Positions 1 through 10,982 of a stretch of 64,000 nucleotides of DNA are shown here, one piece after another. Under the pieces are notes generated by a model. That model saw only the letters and a list, made by a program, of their open reading frames with translations. It was not told where the DNA came from and did not search any database. Within the stretch, counting starts at the first letter, position 1. Every line of letters starts with the position of its first letter. Location of the stretch: assembly GCF_024502345.1 (NCBI RefSeq), contig NZ_JALDNN010000001.1; one strand, 5' to 3'. Origin of the DNA: Escherichia coli (GTDB lineage: Bacteria > Pseudomonadota > Gammaproteobacteria > Enterobacterales > Enterobacteriaceae). The position numbers were made by a program, and so were the translations under genes.

Positions 1-618
1 ATTCCATACGTTGAAAGCTTCCCGACCGGCACACCGCAAAGCCCTTACGGCAAAAGCAAGCTGATGGTGGAACAGATCCTCACCGATCTGCAAAAAGCCC
101 AGCCGGACTGGAGCATTGCCCTGCTGCGCTACTTCAACCCGGTTGGCGCGCATCCGTCGGGCGATATGGGCGAAGATCCGCAAGGCATTCCGAATAACCT
201 GATGCCATACATCGCCCAGGTTGCTGTAGGCCGTCGCGACTCGCTGGCGATTTTTGGTAACGATTATCCGACCGAAGACGGTACTGGCGTACGCGATTAC
301 ATCCACGTAATGGATCTGGCGGACGGTCACGTCGTGGCGATGGAAAAACTGGCGAACAAGCCAGGCGTACACATCTACAACCTCGGTGCTGGCGTAGGCA
401 GCAGCGTGCTGGACGTGGTTAATGCCTTCAGCAAAGCCTGCGGCAAACCAGTTAACTATCATTTTGCACCGCGTCGCGAGGGCGACCTTCCGGCCTACTG
501 GGCGGACGCCAGCAAAGCCGACCGTGAACTGAACTGGCGCGTAACGCGCACACTCGATGAAATGGCGCAGGACACCTGGCACTGGCAGTCACGCCATCCA
601 CAGGGATATCCCGATTAA
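1..618 (+). CDS. galE: UDP-glucose 4-epimerase, C-terminal part (5' end lies outside window)
   Basis: Frame open from window start to stop at 616-618; translation matches GalE C-terminus; immediately followed by galT-galK-galM. Confidence 0.9.
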   Translation: MPYVESFPTGTPQSPYGKSKLMVEQILTDLQKAQPDWSIALLRYFNPVGAHPSGDMGEDPQGIPNNLMPYIAQVAVGRRDSLAIFGNDYPTEDGTGVRDYIHVMDLADGHVVAMEKLANKPGVHIYNLGAGVGSSVLDVVNAFSKACGKPVNYHFAPRREGDLPAYWADASKADRELNWRVTRTLDEMAQDTWHWQSRHPQGYPD

Positions 619-627
619 GGAACGACC

Positions 628-1674
628 ATGACGCAATTTAATCCCGTTGATCATCCACATCGCCGCTACAACCCGCTCACCGGGCAATGGATTCTGGTTT
701 CACCGCACCGCGCTAAGCGCCCCTGGCAGGGGGCGCAGGAAACGCCAGCCAAACAGGTGTTACCTGCGCACGATCCAGATTGCTTCCTCTGCGCAGGTAA
801 TGTGCGGGTGACAGGCGATAAAAACCCCGATTACACCGGGACTTACGTTTTCACTAATGACTTTGCGGCCTTAATGTCTGACACGCCAGATGCGCCAGAA
901 AGCAACGATCCGCTGATGCGTTGCCAGAGCGCGCGCGGTACCAGCCGGGTGATCTGCTTTTCACCGGATCACAGTAAAACGCTGCCAGAGCTAAGTGTTG
1001 CGGCATTGACGGAAATCGTCAAAACCTGGCAGGAGCAAACCGCAGAACTGGGGAAAACGTACCCATGGGTGCAGGTCTTTGAAAACAAAGGCGCGGCGAT
1101 GGGCTGCTCTAACCCGCATCCGCACGGACAGGTTTGGGCAAATAGCTTCCTGCCTAACGAAGCTGAGCGCGAAGACCGCCTGCAAAAAGAATATTTTGCC
1201 GAGCAGAAATCACCAATGCTGGTGGATTATGTTCAGCGCGAGCTGGCAGACGGTAGCCGTACCGTTGTCGAAACCGAACACTGGTTAGCCGTAGTGCCTT
1301 ACTGGGCTGCCTGGCCGTTCGAAACGCTACTGCTGCCCAAAGCCCACGTTTTACGGATCACCGATTTGACCGACGCCCAGCGCAGCGATCTGGCGCTGGC
1401 GTTGAAAAAGCTGACCAGTCGTTATGACAACCTCTTCCAGTGCTCCTTCCCCTACTCTATGGGCTGGCACGGCGCGCCATTTAATGGCGAAGAGAATCAA
1501 CACTGGCAGCTGCACGCGCACTTTTATCCGCCTCTGTTGCGCTCCGCCACCGTACGTAAATTTATGGTTGGTTATGAAATGCTGGCAGAAACCCAGCGAG
1601 ACCTGACCGCAGAACAGGCAGCAGAGCGTTTGCGCGCAGTCAGCGATATCCATTTTCGCGAATCCGGAGTGTAA
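628..1674 (+). CDS. galT: Galactose-1-phosphate uridylyltransferase
   Basis: 348 aa ORF, typical GalT length, position in gal operon. Confidence 0.93.
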   Translation: MTQFNPVDHPHRRYNPLTGQWILVSPHRAKRPWQGAQETPAKQVLPAHDPDCFLCAGNVRVTGDKNPDYTGTYVFTNDFAALMSDTPDAPESNDPLMRCQSARGTSRVICFSPDHSKTLPELSVAALTEIVKTWQEQTAELGKTYPWVQVFENKGAAMGCSNPHPHGQVWANSFLPNEAEREDRLQKEYFAEQKSPMLVDYVQRELADGSRTVVETEHWLAVVPYWAAWPFETLLLPKAHVLRITDLTDAQRSDLALALKKLTSRYDNLFQCSFPYSMGWHGAPFNGEENQHWQLHAHFYPPLLRSATVRKFMVGYEMLAETQRDLTAEQAAERLRAVSDIHFRESGV

Positions 1675-1677
1675 GAA

Positions 1678-2826
1678 ATGAGTCTGAAAGAAAAAACGCA
1701 ATCTCTGTTTGCCAACGCATTTGGCTACCCTGCCACTCACACCATTCAGGCGCCTGGCCGCGTGAATTTGATTGGTGAACACACCGACTACAACGACGGT
1801 TTCGTTCTGCCCTGCGCCATTGATTATCAAACCGTGATCAGTTGTGCGCCACGCGATGACCGTAAAGTTCGCGTAATGGCAGCCGATTATGAAAATCAGC
1901 TCGACGAGTTTTCCCTCGATGCGCCCATTGTCGCGCATGAAAACTATCAATGGGCGAACTACGTTCGTGGCGTGGTGAAACATCTGCAACTGCGTAACAA
2001 CAGCTTCGGCGGTGTGGACATGGTGATCAGCGGCAATGTGCCGCAGGGTGCCGGGTTAAGTTCTTCCGCTTCACTGGAAGTCGCGGTCGGAACCGTATTG
2101 CAGCAGCTTTATCATCTGCCGCTGGACGGCGCACAAATCGCGCTTAACGGTCAGGAAGCAGAAAACCAGTTTGTTGGCTGTAACTGCGGGATCATGGATC
2201 AGCTAATTTCCGCACTCGGCAAGAAAGATCATGCCTTGCTGATTGACTGTCGCTCACTGGGGACCAAAGCAGTTTCCATGCCGAAAGGTGTGGCTGTCGT
2301 CATCATCAACAGTAACTTCAAACGTACCCTGGTTGGCAGCGAATACAACACCCGTCGTGAACAGTGCGAAACCGGTGCGCGTTTCTTCCAGCAGCCAGCT
2401 CTGCGCGATGTCACCATTGAAGAGTTCAACGCTGTTGCACATGAGCTGGACCCAATCGTGGCGAAACGCGTGCGTCATATCCTGACTGAAAACGCCCGCA
2501 CCGTTGAAGCTGCCAGTGCGCTGGAGCAAGGCGACCTGAAACGTATGGGCGAGTTGATGGCGGAGTCTCATGCCTCTATGCGCGATGATTTCGAAATCAC
2601 CGTGCCGCAAATTGACACTCTGGTAGAAATCGTCAAAGCTGTGATTGGCGACAAAGGTGGCGTACGCATGACCGGCGGCGGATTTGGCGGCTGTATCGTC
2701 GCGCTGATCCCGGAAGAGCTGGTGCCTGCCGTACAGCAAGCTGTCGCTGAACAATATGAAGCAAAAACAGGTATTAAAGAGACTTTTTACGTTTGTAAAC
2801 CATCACAAGGAGCAGGACAGTGCTGA
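1678..2826 (+). CDS. galK: Galactokinase
   Basis: 382 aa; GHMP kinase motifs ([11 protein letters not shown]); 4 nt after galT stop. Confidence 0.93.
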
Positions 2827-3860
2827 ACGAAACTCCCGCACTGGCACCCGATGGTCAGCCGTACCGACTGTTAACTTTGCGTAACAACGCAGGGATGGTA
2901 GTCACGCTGATGGACTGGGGTGCGACTTTACTTTCAGCCCGTATTCCGCTTTCCGATGGCAGCGTCCGCGAGGCGCTGCTCGGCTGTGCCAGCCCGGAAT
3001 GCTATCAGGATCAGGCCGCGTTTCTGGGGGCCTCTATTGGTCGTTATGCCAACCGCATCGCCAATAGCCGTTATACCTTTGACGGTGAAACCGTGACGCT
3101 TTCGCCAAGTCAGGGCGTTAACCAGCTGCACGGCGGCCCGGAAGGGTTCGACAAACGTCGCTGGCAGATTGTGAACCAGAACGATCGTCAGGTGCTGTTT
3201 GCCCTGACTTCAGATGATGGCGATCAGGGCTTCCCGGGTAATCTCGGCGCGACGGTGCAATATCGTCTGACCGACGATAACCGTATCTCCATTACTTATC
3301 GCGCCACAGTTGATAAACCTTGCCCGGTGAATATGACTAATCACGTCTATTTCAATCTTGACGGCGAGCAGTCTGACGTGCGCAATCACAAGTTGCAGAT
3401 TCTGGCGGACGAATATCTGCCGGTTGATGAAGGCGGCATTCCGCACGACGGCCTGAAATCTGTCGCCGGAACGTCTTTTGATTTCCGCAGCGCCAAAATC
3501 ATCGCCAGTGAGTTTCTTGCCGACGACGATCAGCGCAAAGTGAAAGGTTACGATCACGCGTTCTTGTTACAGGCCAAAGGCGATGGCAAGAAAGTGGCGG
3601 CGCATGTCTGGTCAGCAGATGAAAAATTGCAGCTGAAGGTCTACACCACCGCTCCGGCTCTGCAATTCTACTCCGGCAACTTCCTCGGCGGCACACCGTC
3701 GCGGGGAACCGAACCTTACGCCGACTGGCAAGGGCTGGCGTTGGAAAGCGAGTTTCTGCCGGACAGCCCGAACCACCCTGAATGGCCGCAACCGGACTGC
3801 TTCCTGCATCCTGGTGAAGAGTATTCCAGCCTGACGGAATATCAGTTTATTGCTGAGTAA
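2820..3860 (+). CDS. galM: Aldose 1-epimerase (galactose mutarotase)
   Basis: 346 aa; overlaps galK stop; last gene of gal operon. Confidence 0.92.
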
Positions 3861-3864
3861 GTTT

Positions 3865-3890
3865 AAGCCCTCGCGATGAGGGCTTTCCCC
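3865..3890 (+). terminator. Putative stem-loop terminator downstream of galM
   Basis: Inverted repeat aagccctcgcgatgagggctt directly after the galM stop; weak T-tract. Confidence 0.4.
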
Positions 3891-4062
3891 TTGTATTGTT
3901 CAAATCACCAGCAAACACCGACATATTTGCAACTCAATATTCACAACAACCTTACACTGCGACACTATTTTCGCTATGGTTATGCGTAAGCATTGCTGTT
4001 GCTTCGTCACGGCAATATAATGAGAATTATTATCATTAAAAGATGATTTGAGGAGTAAGTAT

Positions 4063-4815
4063 ATGGCTGTAACTAAGCTGGTTCTGGTTCGTCATGGCGA
4101 AAGTCAGTGGAACAAAGAAAACCGTTTCACCGGTTGGTACGACGTGGATCTGTCTGAGAAAGGCGTAAGCGAAGCAAAAGCAGCAGGTAAGCTGCTGAAA
4201 GAGGAAGGTTACAGCTTTGACTTTGCTTACACCTCTGTGCTGAAACGTGCTATCCATACCCTGTGGAATGTGCTGGACGAACTGGATCAGGCATGGCTGC
4301 CCGTTGAGAAATCCTGGAAACTGAACGAACGTCACTACGGTGCGTTGCAGGGTCTGAACAAAGCGGAAACTGCTGAAAAGTATGGCGACGAGCAGGTGAA
4401 ACAGTGGCGTCGTGGTTTTGCAGTGACTCCGCCGGAACTGACCAAAGATGATGAGCGTTATCCGGGTCACGATCCGCGTTACGCGAAACTAAGCGAGAAA
4501 GAGCTGCCGCTGACTGAAAGCCTGGCGCTGACTATTGACCGCGTGATCCCTTACTGGAATGAAACCATTCTGCCGCGTATGAAGAGCGGTGAGCGCGTAA
4601 TCATCGCTGCACACGGTAACTCGTTACGTGCGCTGGTGAAATATCTCGATAACATGAGCGAAGAAGAGATTCTTGAGCTGAATATCCCGACCGGCGTGCC
4701 GCTGGTTTATGAGTTTGACGAGAACTTCAAACCGCTGAAACGCTATTATCTGGGTAATGCTGACGAGATCGCGGCGAAAGCAGCAGCCGTTGCGAACCAG
4801 GGTAAAGCGAAGTAA
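4063..4815 (+). CDS. gpmA: 2,3-bisphosphoglycerate-dependent phosphoglycerate mutase
   Basis: 250 aa from [17 protein letters not shown] (histidine phosphatase RHGE motif); ORF-track start at 4048 is an upstream extension. Confidence 0.93.
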
Positions 4816-4838
4816 ACGTCATTCGTTTAAAAATGAGA

Positions 4839-4868
4839 AAGCCGACTGCAAGTGAGTCGGCTTTTTTG
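4839..4868 (+). terminator. Rho-independent terminator after gpmA
   Basis: GC-rich hairpin aagccgactgcaagtgagtcggctt followed by TTTTTTGTTT. Confidence 0.75.
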
Positions 4869-4894
4869 TTTGTCGTCGCTAACAATGGAGCACA

Positions 4895-4975
4895 TTGCCT
4901 GATGCGACGCTGCGCGTCTTGTCAGGGCTACGGTGATTCATCGGATACGCCACTCTGACGGCGCATCCGACAATT
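4895..4975. repeat. REP-like palindromic element between gpmA and aroG
   Basis: gcctgatgcgacgc...ggcgcatccgac motifs typical of enterobacterial REP units. Confidence 0.5.
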
Positions 4976-4980
4976 AAACT

Positions 4981-6033
4981 TTACCCGCGACGCGCTTTCA
5001 CTGCGTTCGCCAGTTGACGTAACAGAGCATCGGTATCTTCCCAGCCGATGCAGGCATCGGTGATGCTCTTACCGTAGGCCAGCGGCTCCCCGCTCTCGAG
5101 GCTCTGATTGCCTTCCACCAGATGGCTTTCCACCATCACGCCAATAATGGCCTTTTCGCCACCGGCAATCTGCTGGCAAACGTCAGCACAAACATCCATC
5201 TGCTTTTTGAATTGTTTTGACGAGTTAGCATGGCTGAAATCGATCATCACCTGTGCTGGCAGGCCTGCTTTGTTCAGCCCTTCTTTCACTTCAGCAACGT
5301 GCTTCGCGCTGTAGTTAGGCTCTTTACCGCCGCGCAGAATGATATGGCAATCACCGTTACCGCTGGTATTCACAATCGCCGAATGCCCCCATTTCGTTAC
5401 GGACAGGAAGCAGTGCGGCGCACCGGCGGCATTAATGGCATCGATAGCCACTTTAATCGTACCGTCGGTGCCATTTTTGAAGCCGACCGGACAAGAAAGC
5501 CCTGATGCCAGTTCGCGGTGCACCTGCGATTCGGTGGTACGTGCGCCAATTGCGCCCCAGCTCATCAGGTCAGCGAGATATTGTGGGGTGATCATATCGA
5601 GAAACTCACCCGCCGCTGGCAGACCGCTGTCGTTAATATCAAGCAGCAATTTACGGGCTATACGCAGACCGTCGTTGATCTGGAAGCTGTTATCCATATG
5701 CGGATCGTTAATCAGCCCTTTCCAGCCCACCGTGGTACGCGGCTTTTCAAAATAGACGCGCATTACGATTTCCAGCTCATCTTTCAGCTCTTCACGCAGC
5801 GCCAGCAAGCGAGTGGCATACTCTTTAGCCGCGACAGGATCATGAATTGAGCACGGGCCAATCACCACCAACAGGCGATCATCATTCCCTTTCAGGATTT
5901 TATGGATCGCTTTTCGGACATGGGCAACCGTATTAGCGGCATTTTCAGTAGCGGGGAATTTTTCCAGCAATGCGACAGGAGGAAGTAACTCTTTGATTTC
6001 TTTGATGCGTAAATCGTCGTTCTGATAATTCAT
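4981..6033 (-). CDS. aroG: Phe-sensitive DAHP synthase (3-deoxy-7-phosphoheptulonate synthase)
   Basis: 350 aa; class I DAHP synthase sequence. Confidence 0.93.
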   Translation of the reverse strand: MNYQNDDLRIKEIKELLPPVALLEKFPATENAANTVAHVRKAIHKILKGNDDRLLVVIGPCSIHDPVAAKEYATRLLALREELKDELEIVMRVYFEKPRTTVGWKGLINDPHMDNSFQINDGLRIARKLLLDINDSGLPAAGEFLDMITPQYLADLMSWGAIGARTTESQVHRELASGLSCPVGFKNGTDGTIKVAIDAINAAGAPHCFLSVTKWGHSAIVNTSGNGDCHIILRGGKEPNYSAKHVAEVKEGLNKAGLPAQVMIDFSHANSSKQFKKQMDVCADVCQQIAGGEKAIIGVMVESHLVEGNQSLESGEPLAYGKSITDACIGWEDTDALLRQLANAVKARRG

Positions 6034-6103
6034 GTCTGTTCCAGTGTTGCCATACTTATCTTAGTGAATGCAATACCTCCAATCTATATCTTCCGTCAGA
6101 ATG

Positions 6104-6121
6104 TGTAAACGGGGTTTTACA
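6104..6121. promoter_or_regulatory. TyrR box upstream of aroG
   Basis: Exact TGTAAA-N6-TTTACA palindrome (tgtaaacggggttttaca) about 70-90 bp upstream of the aroG start. Confidence 0.6.
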
Positions 6122-6348
6122 CTATGAACGGATTAATCCTGGAATTAGCAAGAAAAACGCCAGATTGTCGCGAAAAACGAGATCTCTCCTACAATTTCTA
6201 ACTGTAACTCCTTTGTTTGTTAATTATTTCAAGATTCTCTGCTGGATTTCTTTGCCTGGCTGAAATCTTAAACCAATGCCTTATATTCACCTGCAAATGC
6301 ACTGTTGGAAGAGGTTATCCGACATAACGACCATAACAGGAGCATCCT

Positions 6349-6729
6349 ATGAAAATGACAAAACTGGCCACACTATTTCTGACTGCCACTCTAAGCCTTG
6401 CCAGCGGTGCCGCACTGGCTGCCGATAGCGGAGCGCAAACCAATAACGGCCAGGCAAACGCCGCAGCTGATGCGGGCCAGGTAGCCCCTGACGCCCGTGA
6501 AAATGTCGCGCCAAATAACGTCGACAATAACGGGGTAAATACCGGTTCTGGCGGCACTATGCTGCATCCGGATGGTTCTTCAATGAACAATGACGGCATG
6601 ACCAAAGATGAAGAGCACAAGAACACCATGTGCAAAGATGGTCGCTGCCCGGATATCAATAAAAAGGTACAAACCGGTGATGGCATCAATAATGATGTCG
6701 ATACCAAAACCGACGGTACCACGCAGTAA
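6349..6729 (+). CDS. ybgS: Small secreted Asn/Gly/Asp-rich protein YbgS
   Basis: 126 aa with N-terminal signal peptide ([24 protein letters not shown]); RBS aggag upstream. Confidence 0.85.
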   Translation: MKMTKLATLFLTATLSLASGAALAADSGAQTNNGQANAAADAGQVAPDARENVAPNNVDNNGVNTGSGGTMLHPDGSSMNNDGMTKDEEHKNTMCKDGRCPDINKKVQTGDGINNDVDTKTDGTTQ

Positions 6730-6750
6730 CCCTGCAAAATAGCCAATAAT

Positions 6751-6780
6751 GGGAGAGCGGAGTCTCTCCCTTTTAATTTT
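6751..6780 (+). terminator. Rho-independent terminator after ybgS
   Basis: Hairpin gggagagcggagtctctccc followed by TTTTAATTTT. Confidence 0.65.
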
Positions 6781-6842
6781 TCACTTCTAAAAGCAGTATG
6801 ATGTCATAAAGTTAAGTGAGAATAATTAAGGGATGACTCGTC

Positions 6843-7784
6843 ATGGCGCACTCACACTCACACACGTCCTCACACCTGCCAGAAGATAATAATGCTCGTC
6901 GCTTGTTGTATGCTTTCGGCGTGACTGCCGGGTTTATGCTGGTAGAAGTCATTGGTGGTTTTCTTTCTGGTTCTCTGGCTTTGCTGGCCGATGCGGGTCA
7001 TATGTTGACCGATACTGCCGCCCTGCTTTTCGCTCTACTCGCCGTGCAATTTTCACGTCGTCCTCCCACCATTCGCCACACTTTCGGTTGGCTAAGACTG
7101 ACCACGCTCGCGGCGTTTGTGAATGCCATCGCCCTGGTGGTGATTACCATTTTGATTGTCTGGGAGGCGATAGAACGCTTCCGCACACCGCGTCCGGTCG
7201 AGGGCGGCATGATGATGGCAATTGCCGTGGCTGGGTTGCTGGCAAATCTACTTTCTTTCTGGTTACTTCATCACGGCAGCGAAGAGAAAAACCTCAACGT
7301 ACGAGCAGCGGCACTGCATGTGCTCGGGGACCTGCTGGGTTCGGTTGGGGCTATTATTGCCGCGTTGATTATTATCTGGACCGGCTGGACACCTGCTGAC
7401 CCCATTCTCTCGATACTGGTGTCGCTTCTGGTTCTGCGTAGCGCGTGGCGACTGTTGAAAGATAGCGTGAATGAATTACTTGAGGGTGCACCGGTATCGC
7501 TGGATATCGCTGAACTGAAGCGTCGTATGTGCCGGGAAATCCCGGAAGTCCGCAATGTGCACCATGTGCATGTATGGATGGTAGGCGAGAAGCCGGTGAT
7601 GACGTTGCATGTGCAGGTGATCCCGCCACACGATCACGATGCCTTGTTGGATCAGATCCAACACTACCTGATGGATCACTATCAGATTGAGCACGCCACC
7701 ATTCAGATGGAATATCAACCTTGTCATGGGCCAGACTGCCACCTGAATGAAGGGGTGTCTGGCCATTCACATCATCACCATTAA
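6843..7784 (+). CDS. zitB: Zn(II)/cation diffusion facilitator exporter
   Basis: 313 aa CDF-family membrane protein with His-rich N and C termini. Confidence 0.9.
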   Translation: MAHSHSHTSSHLPEDNNARRLLYAFGVTAGFMLVEVIGGFLSGSLALLADAGHMLTDTAALLFALLAVQFSRRPPTIRHTFGWLRLTTLAAFVNAIALVVITILIVWEAIERFRTPRPVEGGMMMAIAVAGLLANLLSFWLLHHGSEEKNLNVRAAALHVLGDLLGSVGAIIAALIIIWTGWTPADPILSILVSLLVLRSAWRLLKDSVNELLEGAPVSLDIAELKRRMCREIPEVRNVHHVHVWMVGEKPVMTLHVQVIPPHDHDALLDQIQHYLMDHYQIEHATIQMEYQPCHGPDCHLNEGVSGHSHHHH

Positions 7785-8500
7785 TGGGACAGCGCGCGTG
7801 AGCCTCTTTCACGTGCGCTGTTGATCCACATCCGGCTGCCGTTGAGCGCAATAAAGGTCAGGATGATGTACTCCAGAGACATGGCGTAAACGCCCTGAAG
7901 TGCAAAAATAACGACGCTAATCACGTTAATAATCACCCACAACAGCCAGTTTTCCACATACTTACGCGTCATCAGAATCATTGCCACGATAGATAACACC
8001 ATCATGCATGAATCCCAGAACGGGAAAGCGTCCGGTTGCAGTTCAGGCATCACAACCTGTAATCCTAATGCTTGCATGATCATGACTGCCACGCGGGTCA
8101 AAAATGCAAACACCGGATTGATAAATACCGTCATCAGACCAATCGAAACAACGCAAACCGCCAACCAGCTTAGCGCCTTCGGCAATGGCAACCAGCGAAT
8201 TTTCAACTCCGCCTCGTTCTGACTGGTTTGTCGCGACCACGCATACCAACCGTAAATATTCGCGGCAAAGAAAAACACCTGTAATAGCAGGCTGGCATAC
8301 AGCTGAATCTGAAAGAAAATAATGCCAAACAAGGTGACGTTGATCAGGCCAAAGAAGTAGTTGCTGATCTTCTCCAGACTGGCAAGGCCAATACACAGCA
8401 ACCCGGCGATCGTGCCTACCGCTTCGATCCATGAGAGATCATAACCGCCTGCTCCTATTGGTATATGTACCAGGATATTCTGCACACTAAAAAAATCCAT
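7781..8500 (-). CDS. pnuC: Nicotinamide riboside transporter
   Basis: 239 aa polytopic membrane protein directly downstream of nadA on the same strand. Confidence 0.9.
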   Translation of the reverse strand: MDFFSVQNILVHIPIGAGGYDLSWIEAVGTIAGLLCIGLASLEKISNYFFGLINVTLFGIIFFQIQLYASLLLQVFFFAANIYGWYAWSRQTSQNEAELKIRWLPLPKALSWLAVCVVSIGLMTVFINPVFAFLTRVAVMIMQALGLQVVMPELQPDAFPFWDSCMMVLSIVAMILMTRKYVENWLLWVIINVISVVIFALQGVYAMSLEYIILTFIALNGSRMWINSARERGSRALSH

Positions 8501-8537
8501 CTTTCCCCCAAAGCGTAACGTTACGCCTTATTATTCG

Positions 8538-9581
8538 TTATCCACGTAGTGTAGCCGCAAAATCCAGCATACGATTGAGCGGCACCAGCGCCCTCTCTCG
8601 CAGCCTTTCATCAACATGAACCTCGTGATTGCTTCCTTCCTGTTCTAATGCCTCTGCGATGGCCTGAAGGCCATTCATGGCCATCCACGGACAATGCGCG
8701 CAGCTGCGGCAGGTTGCACCCTCACCCGCGGTTGGTGCTTCCAGTAACTCTTTATCTGGCACCGCCTGCTGCATTTTGTAGAAAATACCCCGATCGGTTG
8801 CCACAATAAGCCTCTGATGTGGCAATGTTTTCGCAGCAGCGATCAGTTGACTGGTGGAACCGACCGCATCCGCCATATCGACAATAGCTTGTGGTGATTC
8901 TGGATGCACCAGTATGGCAGCATCCGGGTATTCTTCTTGCAAGCGGGTTAACGCCTGAGTCTTAAATTCATCATGCACAATGCAGGCACCCTGCCAGCAT
9001 AAAATGTCTGCGCCCGTCTGTTTTTGCACGTAACGCCCCAGATGTTTGTCGGGTGCCCAGATGATTTTTTCACCCAAACTATCCAGATGATCAATAAGTT
9101 CGACGGCAATGCTTGAAGTTACCACCCAATCTGCCCGCGCTTTTACCGCAGCAGAAGTGTTGGCGTAGACGACGACAGTATGATCGGGATGGGCATCGCA
9201 AAATGCGTTAAATTCTTCAACAGGGCAGCCGAGATCCAGTGAACATTCAGCCTGAAGTGTCGGCATCAGAATTGTTTTTTCCGGACTGAGAATTTTGGCG
9301 GTTTCTCCCATAAATCTCACCCCAGCGACTAACAACGTAGAGGCGGGATGCTTTGCACCGAAGCGCGCCATTTCCAAAGAATCAGAAATGCAGCCACCGG
9401 TTTCTTCTGCCAGTTGTTGAATTTCGGGATCGGTATAGTAGTGGGCAACCATCACCGCATTACGTTCTTTTAGCAGACGTTTTATCTTCTCGCGGTAATA
9501 CGCTTTTTCATCAATGCTTAACGGCGTCGGCTTCGGGGGGAAAGGATAAATCGCCGTGTCTGGATCAAACATCACGCTCAT
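8538..9581 (-). CDS. nadA: Quinolinate synthase
   Basis: 347 aa; NadA family sequence. Confidence 0.93.
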   Translation of the reverse strand: MSVMFDPDTAIYPFPPKPTPLSIDEKAYYREKIKRLLKERNAVMVAHYYTDPEIQQLAEETGGCISDSLEMARFGAKHPASTLLVAGVRFMGETAKILSPEKTILMPTLQAECSLDLGCPVEEFNAFCDAHPDHTVVVYANTSAAVKARADWVVTSSIAVELIDHLDSLGEKIIWAPDKHLGRYVQKQTGADILCWQGACIVHDEFKTQALTRLQEEYPDAAILVHPESPQAIVDMADAVGSTSQLIAAAKTLPHQRLIVATDRGIFYKMQQAVPDKELLEAPTAGEGATCRSCAHCPWMAMNGLQAIAEALEQEGSNHEVHVDERLRERALVPLNRMLDFAATLRG

Positions 9582-9824
9582 CTTACCATCTCGTTTTACA
9601 GGCTTAACGTTAAAACCGACATTAGCGTGATATTCGCTGTTATCGGTGTGATTTGTTTTATATGCTAAACAAGATAGTCGAATGGTGGGGAAAAGTCACT
9701 CGAATTACGTATGAGATGCCGAATGCCACACTTTGCGTCTTATTCCTCCGACGTAAAGTTGTTTACGCAGCAAGCGCGGAGTATGTCATCAGGGTCAAGA
9801 ATTGAAATTGAGAGATGCCTGAAT

Positions 9825-9860
9825 AGCAAAAAAGCGCCTTTAGGGCGCTTTTTTACATTG
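9825..9860 (-). terminator. Distal copy of the lysT-operon terminator
   Basis: Hairpin aaaaaagcgccctaaaggcgctttttt (minus-strand sense); second copy of a ~55 bp direct repeat. Confidence 0.6.
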
Positions 9861-9978
9861 GTGGGTCGTGCAGGATGACTCGCTTCGCTCGCCCTTCGGG
9901 CCGTCGCCGCGAGCGGCTCCGTTGTTTCGCTGCGCTCAACTCAAACCTGCTGCAGGTTCGAATCTTTGAGTATCGCAG

Positions 9979-10012
9979 ATAGCAAAAAAGCGCCTTTAGG
10001 GCGCTTTTTTAC
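9979..10012 (-). terminator. Rho-independent terminator immediately after lysQ
   Basis: Same GC hairpin plus T-tract directly 3' of the last tRNA. Confidence 0.75.
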
Positions 10013-10014
10013 AT

Positions 10015-10090
10015 TGGTGGGTCGTGCAGGATTCGAACCTGCGACCAATTGATTAAAAGTCAACTGCTCTACCAACTGAGCTAACGACCC
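10015..10090 (-). tRNA. lysQ: tRNA-Lys (anticodon UUU)
   Basis: 76 nt; reverse complement reads GGGTCGTTAGCTCAGTTGGTAGAGCAGTTGACTTTTAATCAATTGGTCGCAGGTTCGAATCCTGCACGACCCACCA. Confidence 0.95.
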
Positions 10091-10123
10091 CTTGCGGGAT
10101 TATGCTGCTTTAATCATTCAGGA

Positions 10124-10199
10124 TGGTGGGTCGTGCAGGATTCGAACCTGCGACCAATTGATTAAAAGTCAACTGCTCTACCAACTGAGCTAACGACCC
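10124..10199 (-). tRNA. lysZ: tRNA-Lys (UUU)
   Basis: Identical 76 nt tRNA-Lys copy. Confidence 0.95.
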
Positions 10200-10247
10200 A
10201 TACGGGTGTTACCTGAAAGATTTTTACTCGGGGCCAATCTTTAAGAT

Positions 10248-10323
10248 TGGTGGGTCGTGCAGGATTCGAACCTGCGACCAATTGATTAAAAGTCAACTGC
10301 TCTACCAACTGAGCTAACGACCC
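10248..10323 (-). tRNA. lysY: tRNA-Lys (UUU)
   Basis: Identical 76 nt tRNA-Lys copy. Confidence 0.95.
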
Positions 10324-10326
10324 GAG

Positions 10327-10402
10327 TGGTGGGTGATGACGGGATCGAACCGCCGACCCCCTCCTTGTAAGGGAGGTGCTCTCCCAGCTGAGCTAATCAC
10401 CC
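10327..10402 (-). tRNA. valZ: tRNA-Val (UAC)
   Basis: 76 nt; reverse complement reads GGGTGATTAGCTCAGCTGGGAGAGCACCTCCCTTACAAGGAGGGGGTCGGCGGTTCGATCCCGTCATCACCCACCA. Confidence 0.95.
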
Positions 10403-10453
10403 GATACTGCGCTAGATACTACAAACTACTTCCACCGAACCCACCGTAATTAG

Positions 10454-10529
10454 TGGTGGGTCGTGCAGGATTCGAACCTGCGACCAATTGATTAAAAGTC
10501 AACTGCTCTACCAACTGAGCTAACGACCC
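10454..10529 (-). tRNA. lysW: tRNA-Lys (UUU)
   Basis: Identical 76 nt tRNA-Lys copy. Confidence 0.95.
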
Positions 10530-10531
10530 GG

Positions 10532-10607
10532 TGGTGGGTGATGACGGGATCGAACCGCCGACCCCCTCCTTGTAAGGGAGGTGCTCTCCCAGCTGAGCTA
10601 ATCACCC
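10532..10607 (-). tRNA. valT: tRNA-Val (UAC)
   Basis: Identical 76 nt tRNA-Val copy. Confidence 0.95.
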
Positions 10608-10742
10608 GATACTACGCTGGATACTACAACTAACTATGTTAGTGGTGGGTCGTGCAGGATGACTCGACTTCGTCTCGCCCTTCGGGCCGTTGCTGATGCA
10701 ACGTTATCCTTCACGTTTTACTACCGCTTCCACCTTAGCGAT

Positions 10743-10818
10743 TGGTGGGTCGTGCAGGATTCGAACCTGCGACCAATTGATTAAAAGTCAACTGCTCTAC
10801 CAACTGAGCTAACGACCC
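10743..10818 (-). tRNA. lysT: tRNA-Lys (UUU)
   Basis: Identical 76 nt tRNA-Lys copy; first gene of the operon. Confidence 0.95.
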
Positions 10819-10982
10819 ACTTTTTCGTTGCTTTCGGTTTGTTTGATATCCCGTGGCAACGGCGGCATATATTACTGATTTCAGACTTGAGCGCAACAAA
10901 AATTTCGATGTAGATCACTCAACTGCTTATGATTCGCACGACACGACCAGAAATAATGCGACTTCTGGTCGTGTGTTATGCA

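Noticed and set aside
4048-4815. N-terminally extended starts suggested by the ORF track (gpmA, pal, tolB, cydA, sdhA, sdhC, abrB, ybgA, kdpC, glmS)
   Set aside because: Canonical protein lengths and RBS positions favour internal start codons; the extensions are upstream in-frame codons
9800-10830. Regularly spaced near-identical 76 bp repeats that could be mistaken for a CRISPR array
   Set aside because: The repeats are full tRNA-Lys and tRNA-Val genes with cloverleaf sequence and CCA ends; spacing is irregular and no cas genes are present
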